NCBI GenBank assembly: GCA_963727715.1
Contig: CAVSGX010000004.1
Location: 82,582 to 146,581, forward strand
Length of the DNA stretch: 64,000 nucleotides
Source of the DNA: an uncultured bacterium
GTDB taxonomy: Bacteria; Patescibacteriota; Minisyncoccia; Phycocordibacterales; DATDWN01
Direction: 5' to 3'
Below, in pieces: positions 22,734 through 34,531 of the stretch (within the stretch, counting starts at the first letter, position 1; each line of letters opens with the position of its first letter). A model generated the notes under the pieces. It saw only the letters and a program-made list of their open reading frames with translations. It searched no databases and was not told where the DNA came from. The translations under genes and the position numbers were made by a program.

Positions 22734-23186
22734 CTAGAAAGGAATGTCCTCGGGGTTTATCTCTTCTTCCGGATATTCAATGGTATCCAAAGCCTTTTTG
22801 TCGTCTTCGTGGACCGGAGGCGTTGCTGTACCAGCAGACTGAACAAATGGCGCTCCACTAGGTTTGGGACCGAATTGAATGCGGTCGGCGATGATTTCGG
22901 TGCGATATTTTTTCACTCCACTCGCGTCGTCCCAACTTCGAGTCTGCATTCGGCCTTCTACCAAAATGGAACTGCCCTTCTTCATATACTGCCCAACAAT
23001 TTCGGCTTGACGACCGAAAACGACGACATTGTGATAATCGGTGTTTTCTTGTTTGACGCCGTTTTTGTCTTTCCAAACACGATTGGTGGCCACCGAGAAA
23101 CTAGCCACTCGAACGCCGGACGGTAAACTTTTAAGCTCCGGATCGCGAGTCAGATTGCCTATGATCATTGCTTTGTTTAAGTACAT
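22734..23186 (-). CDS. ssb: Single-stranded DNA-binding protein.
   Basis: OB-fold MYLNKAMIIGNLTRDPEL...; acidic C-terminal tail ending DIPF. Confidence 0.92.
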   Translation of the reverse strand: MYLNKAMIIGNLTRDPELKSLPSGVRVASFSVATNRVWKDKNGVKQENTDYHNVVVFGRQAEIVGQYMKKGSSILVEGRMQTRSWDDASGVKKYRTEIIADRIQFGPKPSGAPFVQSAGTATPPVHEDDKKALDTIEYPEEEINPEDIPF

Positions 23187-23203
23187 AATATTTAAATTAA
23201 ATA

Positions 23204-23692
23204 TTAAACGATAACAAGTTCGTCAATACTTTTATCAATCTCTTCCGGTGTCGATTCCGGTTCGGAGAGTTCTGGTTGTTTGACGACAAATTCTTTTTTC
23301 TCTTCTTTCTCTCCACGCAACTGCATTTTGCCGTGGAGAAGAGTATTTTCTCTGACTGTTTTAATAATTAAATATCGGAGAATGTTGTCATCCAAATCAA
23401 GATTTTTCTTTACCTCTTTTATTCCTTCCTTGTCCATTTCAAACTTCACCCAGCCAAAATAGCCTCTGTCACATTTGTGGCGAGTGGTAGAAACGACCTT
23501 TGTCATCGGATAAGCCAGATCCACGAGAATCGGATTCTCGGAAGAGATCAACTCACCGTCCCTCTCCACAATTGCCTTTTCTGTGGCAATTGTAGAGAGG
23601 GAAACTTGCTCTAAGGCAAGGGACGGAAGGAGAAGGTAGGAAACCTCGTAAATGGTTGCTAAATCCCCTTTTTCTTTGTTGTCTTTTTGCAT
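23204..23692 (-). CDS. rpsF: Ribosomal protein S6, with C-terminal extension.
   Basis: YEVSYLLLPS...ENPILVDLAYPM; conserved rpsF-ssb-rpsR gene order. Confidence 0.85.
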   Translation of the reverse strand: MQKDNKEKGDLATIYEVSYLLLPSLALEQVSLSTIATEKAIVERDGELISSENPILVDLAYPMTKVVSTTRHKCDRGYFGWVKFEMDKEGIKEVKKNLDLDDNILRYLIIKTVRENTLLHGKMQLRGEKEEKKEFVVKQPELSEPESTPEEIDKSIDELVIV

Positions 23693-23737
23693 AGGGACAG
23701 ACTAACACAAAAATAATTTTCAGGCAAATACCTAGAC

Positions 23738-24022
23738 TTGCATTATTCTGCAAGATGTGTAGTATTAATTTCGGAGTCACTCATGGTAATTGAAATCCGG
23801 CCAGATATTTATGCGACAAAAAATGGTCCCCAAATCTATTTAGTAGGGACCGAGGAAGAAATCCAGCGAGCTCACGAGATATTTGATAAACGACAAATAA
23901 AGTCTCAAGATAAATTTGAACATGTAGCTTTTTTCGGGATTATTGAATCTCTAATGGGGATTGGCAAAACCGTAGAGATCTATAGTGGCAGTCCAGTCGC
24001 CATGGATCTCAAGGTAAAATAA
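23738..24022 (+). CDS. Hypothetical small protein.
   Basis: ORF only. Confidence 0.25.
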   Translation: MHYSARCVVLISESLMVIEIRPDIYATKNGPQIYLVGTEEEIQRAHEIFDKRQIKSQDKFEHVAFFGIIESLMGIGKTVEIYSGSPVAMDLKVK

Positions 24023-24099
24023 ATTGTGTTAAGCCATCTGTAAGAATACAGGTGGTTTTTGTTTTTGTAAAAGAAAAAGTGCCGGTTGCCCGAACACCT

Positions 24100-24327
24100 T
24101 TACAAAAACACTAATGTTTCTACTTCACCCTTTTCGTTAACATGCTGTATTTTACCTTTTCCTTCCAACATGGCGTAGATTTTGAAACTAAGCTTAATTG
24201 ATTTTCTAATGGCCCCAGCATGAGAAAGCGTATCACTTATTTTCTTAAGTCTTTTCAAATCGTCAAATTCCTCCGGAGACATATCTATTGAAACCCTGAC
24301 TCGTCTTTCCATATAGACCCTCTGCAA
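24100..24327 (-). CDS. Putative ribbon-helix-helix (CopG-like) DNA-binding protein.
   Basis: RVRVSIDMSPEEFDDLKRLKKISDTLSHAGAIRKSI fits a beta-strand plus two helices RHH pattern. Confidence 0.4.
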   Translation of the reverse strand: MQRVYMERRVRVSIDMSPEEFDDLKRLKKISDTLSHAGAIRKSIKLSFKIYAMLEGKGKIQHVNEKGEVETLVFL

Positions 24328-24347
24328 GCAATCCTACCTCACTAGAT

Positions 24348-25202
24348 TTATTTAGTCAATTTGAAATTTCTCACTGCATTTTTCACCAAAGTTTTTTTGA
24401 CCAAGTCGAGATTCTCACCGCGGATGCGGGCAATGGCTGAGACGACTTCTGGAACGTAGAGTGGAGAGTTGCGTTTGCCACGATATGGCGCCGGCGCGAC
24501 AAACGGCGCATCTGTTTCAGACATTATCATTTCAATCGGCGCGTAGCGAATATATTCATTATATTCGCTGGTAAAAGTGACAACGCCAGCGAAAGAAACA
24601 GTAAAGCCAATATTCAAAAATCTTTTCAAAACTTCCAAACCCCCGACAAAAAAGTGCGCGTTGCCATGAAGTTTTTCACCGACGGTTTTAGTATGATGTT
24701 CTAGAATTTCCAGAGCGTCGAAATACGCATCAAAATTTATTTTATCTGACGGACGGATGTGAAGCATCAAAGGCTTCCCGACAAGAAGTGACAGTTCAAT
24801 TTGTTTTTCAAAAATTTCTTTTTGGGCTTTTTTTATTTTCTCCGCGTCTTCAGTTAGACGGAAATAATCCAGTCCGCACTCGCCGATAGCCACGACTTTT
24901 GGATTTTTGGCCAGTTCGGAAATTCTCTCGTCAAATCCACCTGGTAAATTTTCGGGGTGTTGGCCAACACAGGCAAAAATATTTTCGTGCTTTTCAGCAA
25001 GCTCAATTTCTTTTTTTGAAGTATCAAAATCAACACCGACGGAAATGGTGCCGATTTTACTTTTCTTCATTCCTGAAATTATTTCTTCCCTGTCCGCGTT
25101 GTAATCAGGAAATGACAAGTGTGAGTGTATATCAAAATATTCAAACATTTTAATCTTTTCGCAAAAAGAGCGGTTTTTCTGGAGATTTGTTTTCTTTAAC
25201 AA
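24348..25202 (-). CDS. TatD-family metal-dependent DNase/hydrolase.
   Basis: FDIHSHL...VVAIGECGLDYFR...LMLHIR are TatD signature segments. Confidence 0.85.
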   Translation of the reverse strand: MLKKTNLQKNRSFCEKIKMFEYFDIHSHLSFPDYNADREEIISGMKKSKIGTISVGVDFDTSKKEIELAEKHENIFACVGQHPENLPGGFDERISELAKNPKVVAIGECGLDYFRLTEDAEKIKKAQKEIFEKQIELSLLVGKPLMLHIRPSDKINFDAYFDALEILEHHTKTVGEKLHGNAHFFVGGLEVLKRFLNIGFTVSFAGVVTFTSEYNEYIRYAPIEMIMSETDAPFVAPAPYRGKRNSPLYVPEVVSAIARIRGENLDLVKKTLVKNAVRNFKLTK

Positions 25203-26608
25203 GTTTTTTTATTTTTTCAGATGTTTTTGGCATTATTGGATTTAGCATTTTGGCAACAGAATACAATCTGACAATCAATTCCGTTATCATTTTTTGTCCG
25301 GACTCTTTGTTGGTCTTCACTACTTTGAACGGTTGATTTTCCTGAATGAATTTATCCATCTCGGTAATTTCAGTCCAAATAAAATCGCAAGCTTTGGAAA
25401 TTTCAAATTGATCGATCAAGTCAAAAAATTTTTGTGGGATTGATTCTTCTGGAATTTTTATTGGTTTATCTAAATTATTTTCTGCCATTTTCATCACCCG
25501 CGAAACTAAGTTGCCGAGACCATTAGCTAGATTGGCATTGTAGGCCTCTTTGAATTTTTCCATTGTGAAAATGCCATCTTCAAAAGGAGGAATTTCTCTG
25601 ACCATGAAATAACGTAGTGGATCAGCCCCATATTCGGCCACCACTTCATAAGGATCGACGGTATTGCCAAGACTCTTGCTCATTTTGACACCACCTTCGC
25701 CGGTGATAAAACCATCAATTACAATTTGTTTGGACGGCGTAAGTCCCGCGGACTTGAGCATGGCTTGCCACATAGCCGACTGTTGGCGCAGATTGTCCTT
25801 GCCTGCATACTGAACCACCCCGCCGGAATTTTTCCACCATTTTTCAAATTTTTCCGGATCACTCGGCCAACCGATAGCCGAAATGTAATTGACCAGAGCG
25901 TCAAACCAAACATACATGACATGATTGGAATCGTTTGGCACGGGCACACCCCACGGCATTTTTTCTTTCAAACGAGAGATACTGAAATCTTCCAAACCCC
26001 TTTCCACAAATTTTTCTATTTCATATTGTCGAAATTGCTGGAAAAACAAATTTTGGATTTTCTTTGTACAAATCCAAAAGATATTTTTGATATTTGGAAA
26101 ATTTAAAAAAATAATTTTCTTCTTCGCGGATTTCGATTTGGCGATTTGGGTGCAGTGGGCATTTTCCATCCATCAAGTCCGATTCGGTTTTTGGCAACTC
26201 ACAACCAGTGCAATATTTTATTTTGTAATTTTTTTTGTAAATGTCTCCAGCTTCAAAACATTTTTGCCAAAAGGCTTGAGCTGATTTAATATGATGCTCG
26301 TCTGTTGTGCGAATAAAATTATATTCTACACCGGAAACATTTGAAGCAAGATCTAAAAGTTTAGCCAAGCCTTTGAATTTTTCAACGGAAGTATCAACAT
26401 ATTCTTGTGGTGTTTTGTCTTCATTTACGGCATTTTCATATATTTTGGCTCCGTGTTCATCCGTACCAGTATTGAAAAAAACCTCAAAACCCTGAAGTTG
26501 CTTGCTTCGGGCGATAATGTCAGCCCGAATGATTTCCATGGCAAAACCGATGTGAGGATCAGAATTCACATACGGCAAAGTCGTGGTGATGTAAAAAGTT
26601 TTTTCCAT
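25150..26608 (-). CDS. metG: Methionyl-tRNA synthetase, split into two overlapping ORFs (26021-26608 and 25150-26169) by a 1-nt frameshift near 26036-26050.
   Basis: The N-terminal part has the HIGH-region equivalent (PYVNSDPHIGF) and a Zn-knuckle CTGC..C. The C-terminal part has KMSKS and the anticodon-binding domain. The frames join cleanly at ...LYKENPKF / QQFRQYEIEKFVERGLEDFSISR. Confidence 0.85.
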
Positions 26609-26656
26609 AAATTTTATCCGAATACTAATTTCGGGCTTTCATTCTTTCAATTTTTT

Positions 26657-27709
26657 CTATTTTGTTGCGTTCCAAATCGTCAAAAAATTCGATGAAAATA
26701 GTGGCAATCGGCACGGACAAAACGAGCCCAGAAAACCGGCTAGCTCAAAACCGGCTATTAAAGCTACCATGGAAACAATTGGTGGAACTCCGACCACTTT
26801 CTTGACAACAAGCGGATAGATTAACTGATTTTCAAATTGGTGAACAATGAGATAAAGCCCGACTACCAATATCACTGAAGCAAAACCCCCGTTGACAAAA
26901 GAAATGGCGATGGCCGGCACAGAAGCCAAGATGGGGCCGAACAAAGGAATAATCTCAAAAGCGGCTGCCAAAACGGCCAAAAGAAGAGCATTCGGCACAT
27001 TCAAGAGAAGAAGACCTAAATAAACCAACACCCCGATAATAACAGCCAGAATTATTTGCCCTTGCATCCATAGACCTATTTTTTTCTGGGACCTTCTCCA
27101 AAGATCTATGATGTAGTCTTCGTGTTTGAGAGGAGTGACAATTTTCAAAAATTTACCAATACCATCTCTCTCAACCGATAAATAAAAAGACATAATAATC
27201 ATCATAAAAAAACTCAAAATGCCACCGAAGACTGAAGAAATGGTGTTGAATGTGTTGTTGCTAAGACTGGCGATAGTGTTGTTGATTTGAGATATTATTT
27301 GTTCCAGATTGGCGCTGTTTTTCAAATTATTGACGATTGATTGAGAGGAAAGAAATTTACTTTGATCTATCGTGTTGGAAACAGTGTCAACATTAAAATA
27401 AGTTGGCAGATCTTTCAAAAACTGACTGGACTCGGAAAGAAGGGGCAGAATCAAAAAATAGACAACACAGACCAAAATGACAGCTAGGGATAAGTAAACT
27501 AAAATAACAGATAAAAGCCTTGGTGTTTTTCGTCTGATTAACCATTGGGTCGCAGGTTCAATGGCTGAAGCTATAACGATAGACAAGAGAACTATCAAAA
27601 CAAGATTTTTCAGCAAAAATAAAGTCCAAAACAAAAGGAGAATTAGGACGGTTTTGATAATCGTCCCGGCGCTTATATGAATGACACTTTCCAAACGTTC
27701 CATGGGCAT
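26657..27709 (-). CDS. AI-2E family transporter (PerM/UPF0118-like permease).
   Basis: Eight-TM architecture and family-typical N-terminal segment. Confidence 0.65.
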   Translation of the reverse strand: MPMERLESVIHISAGTIIKTVLILLLFWTLFLLKNLVLIVLLSIVIASAIEPATQWLIRRKTPRLLSVILVYLSLAVILVCVVYFLILPLLSESSQFLKDLPTYFNVDTVSNTIDQSKFLSSQSIVNNLKNSANLEQIISQINNTIASLSNNTFNTISSVFGGILSFFMMIIMSFYLSVERDGIGKFLKIVTPLKHEDYIIDLWRRSQKKIGLWMQGQIILAVIIGVLVYLGLLLLNVPNALLLAVLAAAFEIIPLFGPILASVPAIAISFVNGGFASVILVVGLYLIVHQFENQLIYPLVVKKVVGVPPIVSMVALIAGFELAGFLGSFCPCRLPLFSSNFLTIWNATK

Positions 27710-27741
27710 ATCCTAACATTAATTGATGATTTTGTAAAAAA

Positions 27742-29010
27742 TCAGAAGCGAAATGTTTTTTTAAGTTTTCCCGGATTTTTGATATTGCCGACAATAGCCA
27801 TATTCAGATGATTATTTTTGAAAACTTCTTTGGCCACATTTTTGATTTCAGTGGCAGTGACTTTTTGGATTTTTTCGGAAAATTCCAATGGTGTTAACAT
27901 TTTTTCAGTCAAAATAAATTGACTGGCACAATCCCAGGCCACAGAGTCCGATGATTCCAGTCCGAGATACATATGACCGAGAAGAAAATCTTTGGCTTTT
28001 TTTATTTCTTCAGCCGGAACAAGTTCTTTGGTAAATTTTTTCATCTCTCCCAACACGGCTTTTACCACTTCCAAAATCCTTTTTGTGTCCACACCGGTGG
28101 AAACAGCCAGATATCCGTGGTCAGTAAATTCATTGACGCCGGAATGAACATAATAACCAACGCCCATTTCGTCACGCAACTTCTGAAAAAGACGAGAGCT
28201 CATGCCCATACCGAGAACGGTGTTCAAAATATAGAGCGGATAATTTTTCTTTTCTTTGGCTCCGTAAGTTTTTACACCCAAAATAATATGGGTCTGATCC
28301 GTTTCTTTGTGTTTTATTTTGATATTTGGTTTTGTTTGTTTTTCAACAATACTTATCTTGTCAGTTTTTTTACTGGTCGGAATTTCTTGAAAAACTTTCC
28401 CAATTTTTTCAATGACTTTTTTTTCATTTATATTGCCGGTCACAACAACAATCGTGCCTTTGGCCACATAATGCTTTCGTCTGTATTCCAGAAAATCCTC
28501 CCGCGACATTTTTTTGACATTTTCTTTTGTGCCGGCAATGTTCCACCCGGCCGGTTGGTCGCCATACATCGCTTCCATAAAAACATCGTGGACAATGCGG
28601 TTTGGCATATCCTCGTACATATTTATTTCTTCCACAATCACACCTTTCTCTTTTTCAATTTCTTTCTCGTCAAAAACCGGGTGAAGATATATGTCCGAAA
28701 CAACGTCCAAAATTTTTGAGAAATGTTTTGGGTAAGCTTTGGCGTAGTAACCAGTGTATTCCTGCCCGGTAAAAGCGTTGTTCTGGGCGCCGAGACTGTC
28801 CAGCTCGCGGGAAATATCAATAGCTTTCGGCCGTCTGGTTGTGCCTTTAAAACACATGTGCTCCAAAAAATGCGACAGGCCGTTTATCTTTTTGTTTTCG
28901 TATTTCGAGCCGGCTTTGACCACAACCAAAACCGTGACCGACGGATTGTCTTTCATCGGCGCAGTAATAATGGTCAGACCGTTTTTCAACTTTGTTTTTT
29001 TGTATTTCAT
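27742..29010 (-). CDS. M16 family (pitrilysin-like) zinc peptidase. Probable start at Met 29010; the ORF-track start 29184 is less likely.
   Basis: Inverted zinc motif HFLEHMCFKGT (HxxEH). Confidence 0.8.
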   Translation of the reverse strand: MKYKKTKLKNGLTIITAPMKDNPSVTVLVVVKAGSKYENKKINGLSHFLEHMCFKGTTRRPKAIDISRELDSLGAQNNAFTGQEYTGYYAKAYPKHFSKILDVVSDIYLHPVFDEKEIEKEKGVIVEEINMYEDMPNRIVHDVFMEAMYGDQPAGWNIAGTKENVKKMSREDFLEYRRKHYVAKGTIVVVTGNINEKKVIEKIGKVFQEIPTSKKTDKISIVEKQTKPNIKIKHKETDQTHIILGVKTYGAKEKKNYPLYILNTVLGMGMSSRLFQKLRDEMGVGYYVHSGVNEFTDHGYLAVSTGVDTKRILEVVKAVLGEMKKFTKELVPAEEIKKAKDFLLGHMYLGLESSDSVAWDCASQFILTEKMLTPLEFSEKIQKVTATEIKNVAKEVFKNNHLNMAIVGNIKNPGKLKKTFRF

Positions 29011-29063
29011 GTTGCTGAATATAGCATAATTTGAATGAATTAAAAACCCCGAAACTTCGGGGC

Positions 29064-29576
29064 TTAATCTGGGAAAGATTCTACTTCTCTTATCCGAACT
29101 GGCCTGAGAAGAGTTTTTTGATCTGGACCATACCAGACATTGGCAATGATCTTTTGCCCATATCGAATAATTGGATTGAGCCAAAATGGATCAGCCAACA
29201 TCATCTTGTGAAATGGCCACCTCCACATCTGATACCATTTCGGGTTGACCATTTCATTTGTGCTTTGTGGCAGACCTTTCCAATTTCTTGCGAAATAAAC
29301 ATGGGCTTCAAAAATAAAGGGCTTGCCGTTTTCTCCTATATTGTGAAAATTGACAATGGCTACTTTTAAGAGACTTCGTCGGTCAATCTTAAGACCGCAT
29401 TCTTGCTCTACTTCACGGACACAACAATCTTCAAGACTTTCACCTTTTTCTTGTTTCCCGCCAAAACCATTTAGTTTTCCTTTTCCTATATCATCAACTT
29501 TTTTGGCCAAGAGCACTTCTGACCCCGGCCGAACAATAAAACACAGCGTGCCCCTAATCACTTTCATTTTTGGCAT
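29064..29576 (-). CDS. NUDIX hydrolase.
   Basis: Nudix box GGKQEKGESLEDCCVREVEQECGL. Confidence 0.8.
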   Translation of the reverse strand: MPKMKVIRGTLCFIVRPGSEVLLAKKVDDIGKGKLNGFGGKQEKGESLEDCCVREVEQECGLKIDRRSLLKVAIVNFHNIGENGKPFIFEAHVYFARNWKGLPQSTNEMVNPKWYQMWRWPFHKMMLADPFWLNPIIRYGQKIIANVWYGPDQKTLLRPVRIREVESFPD

Positions 29577-29631
29577 TTTTGCTCCAGAACTTATCCTACT
29601 CTTGTGCTATAATAATGCAAGGAGCCAGAAA

Positions 29632-29829
29632 ATGAAAAGGATCTTGATGATCTTAACAGATAAAGGTTTTACTGATTTGTTGTTGCCAAGCCTTGGTGAC
29701 ACTTTGAAGATTGTCGGGCCAATGATTGTACTCCTTTTGTTCTTTATTTTGTATAAATACGAACAACGCAAAAAAATGCTCTTTGATTTTGTGAAATATG
29801 GTATGTATAGAGGCAGCGGTCAGAGATGA
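29632..29829 (+). CDS. Hypothetical small membrane protein (65 aa).
   Basis: AGGAG Shine-Dalgarno 8 nt upstream of ATG 29632. Hydrophobic helix GPMIVLLLFFILY. Confidence 0.3.
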   Translation: MKRILMILTDKGFTDLLLPSLGDTLKIVGPMIVLLLFFILYKYEQRKKMLFDFVKYGMYRGSGQR

Positions 29830-29839
29830 CCGCTGTTTT

Positions 29840-31226
29840 TTAAATTTTAGATTTCACGAAATTGACCAGTTCAGCAATTGGCATTCTGGTTTGTTCGCCT
29901 GTGTCGCGGTCGCGGACAGTCACGCCATTGTTTTTTTCAATCGTTTCAAAATCAACGGTCACACAAAACGGCGTGCCGATTTCGTCTTGTCTGCGGTAGC
30001 GTTTGCCGATGTTGCCGTTGTCGTCAAACTCGCATTGAAATTCTTTACGCAACATCTGAAAAACTTCGCGCGCTTTGGAGACAAGTTCCGGTTTGTTTTT
30101 CAAGAGCGGAAATACTGCAACTTTGACGGGAGCCAATTTTGGTGATAAACGAAGCACAATACGTTTCTCCCCCCCAAGTTCATCCTCGTCATATGCATCA
30201 AGCAAAACAATAAGAGACAATCTGCCCATACCCATCGAGGTCTCAAGTATCCACGGGATATATTTTTCTCCAGTCTCTTGATCGACATAATTAAGATCTG
30301 TTCCAGAAGATTTCATATGTTGAGTGAGATCATAATCGGAGCGGTCATGAATACCCATAAGTTCGTCGAACCCCCATGGAAATTTATATTCGATATCCCA
30401 CGCATCTTTTGCGTAAAAGACCAGATTTTCATGCTGATGCCATTTCAGATGATCTTTTTTGACACCAAGTGAAAGTAGCCAGTCCCATTGTTCGTGCTTG
30501 ATAAACTCAAATGCGTCCTTGTTCTCATTCGGCCTGACAAACAACTGTGTATCTGCCTGTTCCATTTCGCGCACTCTGAAAAGAAAATTGCGCGGGGATA
30601 TCTCATTACGAAAAGCTTTACCTATTTGAGCGACACCAAAAGGAATTTTGGGGTGCATTGAATCAACAATATTTTTGTAATCAAGATAAATACCTTGACA
30701 AGCCTCACCCGGCAAATACACCGTGTCCAATCCTTCAGAAGTGAAATCACCTAAATTGCTTTTCACCAAAAGATTAAACTTGCGAACTTTAGAAAAATCT
30801 TTGGCCCCGCATTTTTCACAAGTTATTTTGTCGCGATTTTCGTCAAAAATTTCGTTTAACTTTTTTTCATCCATCTTTTCGTCAGCGTTTATACCAATCG
30901 CGTTTAAAACCTTATCAACTCTGATGCGAGTGTTGCATTTTTTGCATTCAGCTAAGGGGTCGGCAAATCCGGTGGTATGTCCACTGGCATCCCAAACACG
31001 CGGGTGTTTGAACATACCGGCATCCAGCCCGTAATAATTATCTTTCTGATAAACATTGGCCTTCCACCATTCCTGTTTCAAATTATTTAAGAAGTTCTAC
31101 CCCGCGTGGTCCAAAGTCGTAGATCCCAGCCAATCCCCCGTAAATTTCCGATCCGGCAAAAATAAAACCACGCCTTTTACACAAGGACACAATTTTCTCC
31201 ATCAAATCTTTTTTTTGTTCTGCCAT
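29840..31226 (-). CDS. glyQS: Glycyl-tRNA synthetase (class II, alpha2 type), with an apparent 1-nt frameshift near 31085. The N-terminal 48 codons (ATG 31226) are in another frame.
   Basis: The upstream frame encodes [47 protein letters not shown] and the main ORF continues (L)[10 protein letters not shown]. Joined, they give the canonical GlyRS N-terminus. Confidence 0.85.
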
Positions 31227-31252
31227 AATTTTTGATACTACATTAAAAGAAT

Positions 31253-33250
31253 TTATTTCACAACTCTTTCATCACCACTTTGAAAACCCGGGTCTGAGTA
31301 ATGGGTGGTCACATCTCCGGCTGAAGCGTCAACTTCGTGCTCTACATAAGTGTCGGTGGCCGATACGTTTGATGAGGGCAGAAGATCAATTGGCGATCCG
31401 ATTTCGGTCAGACTTGGGGTCAGACCGACCTGGAAAGAGACGCTTCTTGGTGAGTAGGTAAAGCCGGTGCCGGCAGAAACATTCCCAACTAACCAAGTAA
31501 TGAGGCGCGAGTCCGGGTTGTAGGAAATGCGTTCACTTGCCGGAGAAGTTTGGTTTCCCCAAACAAGACCAACTGGCAAAGTGGCTGTGACCGTCGCGCC
31601 GGAAAGATCATTGGAAGTGTTGGTCAGCGTCCATGTGATAGTGTAGGTTGATTCGTTGTTGGCTTTCGGCGGAATCGGTCCAGTGTTTTGAAAAGGCCCG
31701 ACCAGACGATAAGATTGGGCGGATAAGTTGAGATTGGAAAGGAATTTAAAAGTCATATTTTGAGTAGAAGAAATGTCGGACGCCGATAATCCTGTTCGAC
31801 TGCCGGACATGACGACCGATATGTCAATGTGTGGGTTTTCAATATTCTGGATTTGCGACCGGTTGGAAATTGGAGAAAGCGAAAAAGAAACTTGGCCAGA
31901 ATCACCTGGTGAAATTTCCGACAATGATCCCGTGGTGTTTTTGTCCCATAAAATTGAATTGTCTGACGAACTGTAAAATCCCCCGTTGTTAGCATTTACC
32001 TGGGCCGGATCAAAAACATTGCCGGAAAGTTTTACACTGATTTTATTGTTGACGATTTTATCAGGCAAAGTGTTTTGAAAACCTAAAATCAAAGAGACCG
32101 GCTGACCAAGCGAAGTGAATGTTTGGCTGGCATTTGATGAGTTTACAATAGACAAACCAAAAAATGATTTGCGTATGCCGACGGTGGCCAACTGCTCGGA
32201 AAGTGGATTGGTAAAATTCAGTTGGCCGGAAACTTCCGGCACGCCGACGGAAACATCAAAAGACCTGTCCTCCATATCTTGCCCGACTAATGTCCCGGTG
32301 ATGGTCAAATTTTTATTATCGCCGTTTTTAAAATCACCCAAGGACCACATGGCCCCAACCGAACCGGCCTTGGCGTCGGTAGTAGTTGATAAATTTGGAC
32401 TACTGGTGCTGGTGGAAGTGTTGAGATTGTCAGCCAGTGTCAGATTTCTAACAGGTTTTATATTTGAACTTTCATAGGTAAAACCGTAAGGATACTCCAC
32501 TTTGACCAGAGTGCCGGAAATGACAACATTGGAATTGGAGGTCAGGTTGATGGACAGGGTAACCTCCTGTCCAGAATTTACTTCCTGCGGATAAGAAACA
32601 TTCAAAAGTAAAGGTGAAGAGCTTATTGAAACGGCGTAATCTTTCTCTTTGGAAAAAACGGCAGCGGAGCCGACCACGGTGTATTCCAATTTCATAACAA
32701 TGTTTTGAACCGAATCTTTCGGCCCGAATAAAATTGCCCTAATAGACTGATTCTTGACTTGGCCTTTGGCAATACCATTCAGTGAAAATTGATCGCGGGT
32801 AAGAGGGGCGCCACCCCCGCCAGCCACCTGAGCGTTTGGCGGATAAGAAATAGTCAGTTTGACATTTTGCAAATCAACACGATTTTGATTGACCACAGAC
32901 AACCCCAAATCCAATTCTTCGCCGGAAGAGACAGAGCTCGGACCGATAATCTTAATGTCAACATTGTTGGAAGAAATCATATTAAACCCCCCGAAAAATA
33001 TAAAAGCGGCGACACCCAGAGCCAAAATAAAAAATATGACCGAAATCAGGAAAAATTTATTGAAAAATGAATTATTTTTTTGCGACATTTTTTTGTCCGA
33101 AAAATCAAAACCTTTATCATCTCCCCAATCCGGTGGCACAGTATAATCTTGACCCGAAACAGGAGTTCTTTTTTCCTTTGGCACCATATCTTCATTGCGC
33201 GAGTAAAGTGATTGTTTTAGATTTTCCAATCTATCTTTTTTGAAATCCAT
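31253..33250 (-). CDS. Membrane-anchored extracellular Thr/Ser-rich protein (hypothetical). Probable start at Met 33250.
   Basis: Cytoplasmic N-terminus, one TM helix ([24 protein letters not shown]) and a long beta-rich ectodomain. The ORF-track start at 33412 would overlap rplB. Confidence 0.5.
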   Translation of the reverse strand: MDFKKDRLENLKQSLYSRNEDMVPKEKRTPVSGQDYTVPPDWGDDKGFDFSDKKMSQKNNSFFNKFFLISVIFFILALGVAAFIFFGGFNMISSNNVDIKIIGPSSVSSGEELDLGLSVVNQNRVDLQNVKLTISYPPNAQVAGGGGAPLTRDQFSLNGIAKGQVKNQSIRAILFGPKDSVQNIVMKLEYTVVGSAAVFSKEKDYAVSISSSPLLLNVSYPQEVNSGQEVTLSINLTSNSNVVISGTLVKVEYPYGFTYESSNIKPVRNLTLADNLNTSTSTSSPNLSTTTDAKAGSVGAMWSLGDFKNGDNKNLTITGTLVGQDMEDRSFDVSVGVPEVSGQLNFTNPLSEQLATVGIRKSFFGLSIVNSSNASQTFTSLGQPVSLILGFQNTLPDKIVNNKISVKLSGNVFDPAQVNANNGGFYSSSDNSILWDKNTTGSLSEISPGDSGQVSFSLSPISNRSQIQNIENPHIDISVVMSGSRTGLSASDISSTQNMTFKFLSNLNLSAQSYRLVGPFQNTGPIPPKANNESTYTITWTLTNTSNDLSGATVTATLPVGLVWGNQTSPASERISYNPDSRLITWLVGNVSAGTGFTYSPRSVSFQVGLTPSLTEIGSPIDLLPSSNVSATDTYVEHEVDASAGDVTTHYSDPGFQSGDERVVK

Positions 33251-33312
33251 TGCTGAATTATAACACAAAAATTTTTTCAAAAACACCACGAGGGTGGTGT
33301 TTTTGTTTGTTT

Positions 33313-34155
33313 CTATTTTCTTTTGCCAACTTTGCGACGAGAGATGACAAATTTGTTTGAGTATTTTTTCGGTGTGCGAGTTTTTTGACCCTTGCCTGTC
33401 GGTCGGCCCCATGCCGAAACGGCCCGACGGCGACCACGGCCTTGTCTGCCTTCTCCACCGCCGTGCGGGTGATCTACCGGGTTCATGGCTGTGCCACGAA
33501 CGGTCGGGCGAATGCCAAGCCAGCGCGAGCGTCCGGCTTTACCGAGATTGACCAAACGATTTTCTTCATTGGACAAAACGCCGATTGAAGCGAAGCAGGT
33601 TTCTTTGACTCTGTGAATTTCCGAGGACGGCATCTTGAGGTCAACCATCCCGGCATCCTTGGCCACCACTTCCAGATAATTCCCCGCCGAGCGTCCGAAC
33701 TTGGCCCCGCCCTGCGGTTTGACTTCAACATTGTAAACAAAAGTGCCGACATTTATATTGCGCAGAGGCAAGCGATTACCAACTTTTTGTTCGGCCGTCT
33801 CGGAGGTCAAAAACATTTCTCCAATTTTTACACCTTGTGGGATCAGAACATATCTTTTTTCTCCATCTCGATACTGGACCAAACCGATGAAAGCGCTGCG
33901 GTTCGGATCGTATTCAATCGTTTTCAAAGAGTAAGGAATACCTATTTTGTCATATTTAAAATCAACTTCGCGGAAAAGTCTTTTGTGCCCGGCGCCTTTG
34001 TGGCGAGTGGTCACTTTGCCGTGATGGTTTCTACCGACAGCCCGTTTAAATCCACGAGTCAGAGATTTTTCTGGTTTTTGAGTGGTCAAAATATCGCCAA
34101 AAGAAATGGTGGTCATGCCTCTACGCGATTTTGATGTTGGTTTGTATTTTTTCAT
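33313..34155 (-). CDS. rplB: Ribosomal protein L2.
   Basis: …GRNHHGKVTTRHKGAGHKRLFR… and …PHGGGEGR…. Confidence 0.97.
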   Translation of the reverse strand: MKKYKPTSKSRRGMTTISFGDILTTQKPEKSLTRGFKRAVGRNHHGKVTTRHKGAGHKRLFREVDFKYDKIGIPYSLKTIEYDPNRSAFIGLVQYRDGEKRYVLIPQGVKIGEMFLTSETAEQKVGNRLPLRNINVGTFVYNVEVKPQGGAKFGRSAGNYLEVVAKDAGMVDLKMPSSEIHRVKETCFASIGVLSNEENRLVNLGKAGRSRWLGIRPTVRGTAMNPVDHPHGGGEGRQGRGRRRAVSAWGRPTGKGQKTRTPKKYSNKFVISRRKVGKRK

Positions 34156-34244
34156 ATTATTAAGATGTAAAAAGTAATGAGTAAGGAGTAGGGGAAAGAT
34201 TTTGCGTTTTTTACTCCCTACATCTTACTTCTTACTTATTGTTT

Positions 34245-34526
34245 TCAAATTATCTCTACTTTCTGACCTTTCTTCAAAAAAACATAGGCTTTTTTGTAAC
34301 CAGCCTTCATCCCTTTCTTGCCACGCACAAAAACTTTTTTGGCCGGGATATGTACTGTAGTCACCTTGACTGGTTGAGTTTTGTATTTTTCCACAAAAGC
34401 CTTTTCGATCTCCTTTTTGGTTGACATTTGGGGCACTTCAAAAACATAAACGGAAGATTCCGAGACAAGGGTGGCCTTTTCGGTAATGCACGGCCTGATT
34501 AAAATTGAAGCGAGATTTGTTTTCAT
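34245..34526 (-). CDS. rplW: Ribosomal protein L23.
   Basis: Size, position between rplD and rplB, and the sequence ILIRPCITEKATL.... Confidence 0.85.
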   Translation of the reverse strand: MKTNLASILIRPCITEKATLVSESSVYVFEVPQMSTKKEIEKAFVEKYKTQPVKVTTVHIPAKKVFVRGKKGMKAGYKKAYVFLKKGQKVEII

Positions 34527-34531
34527 GTTTT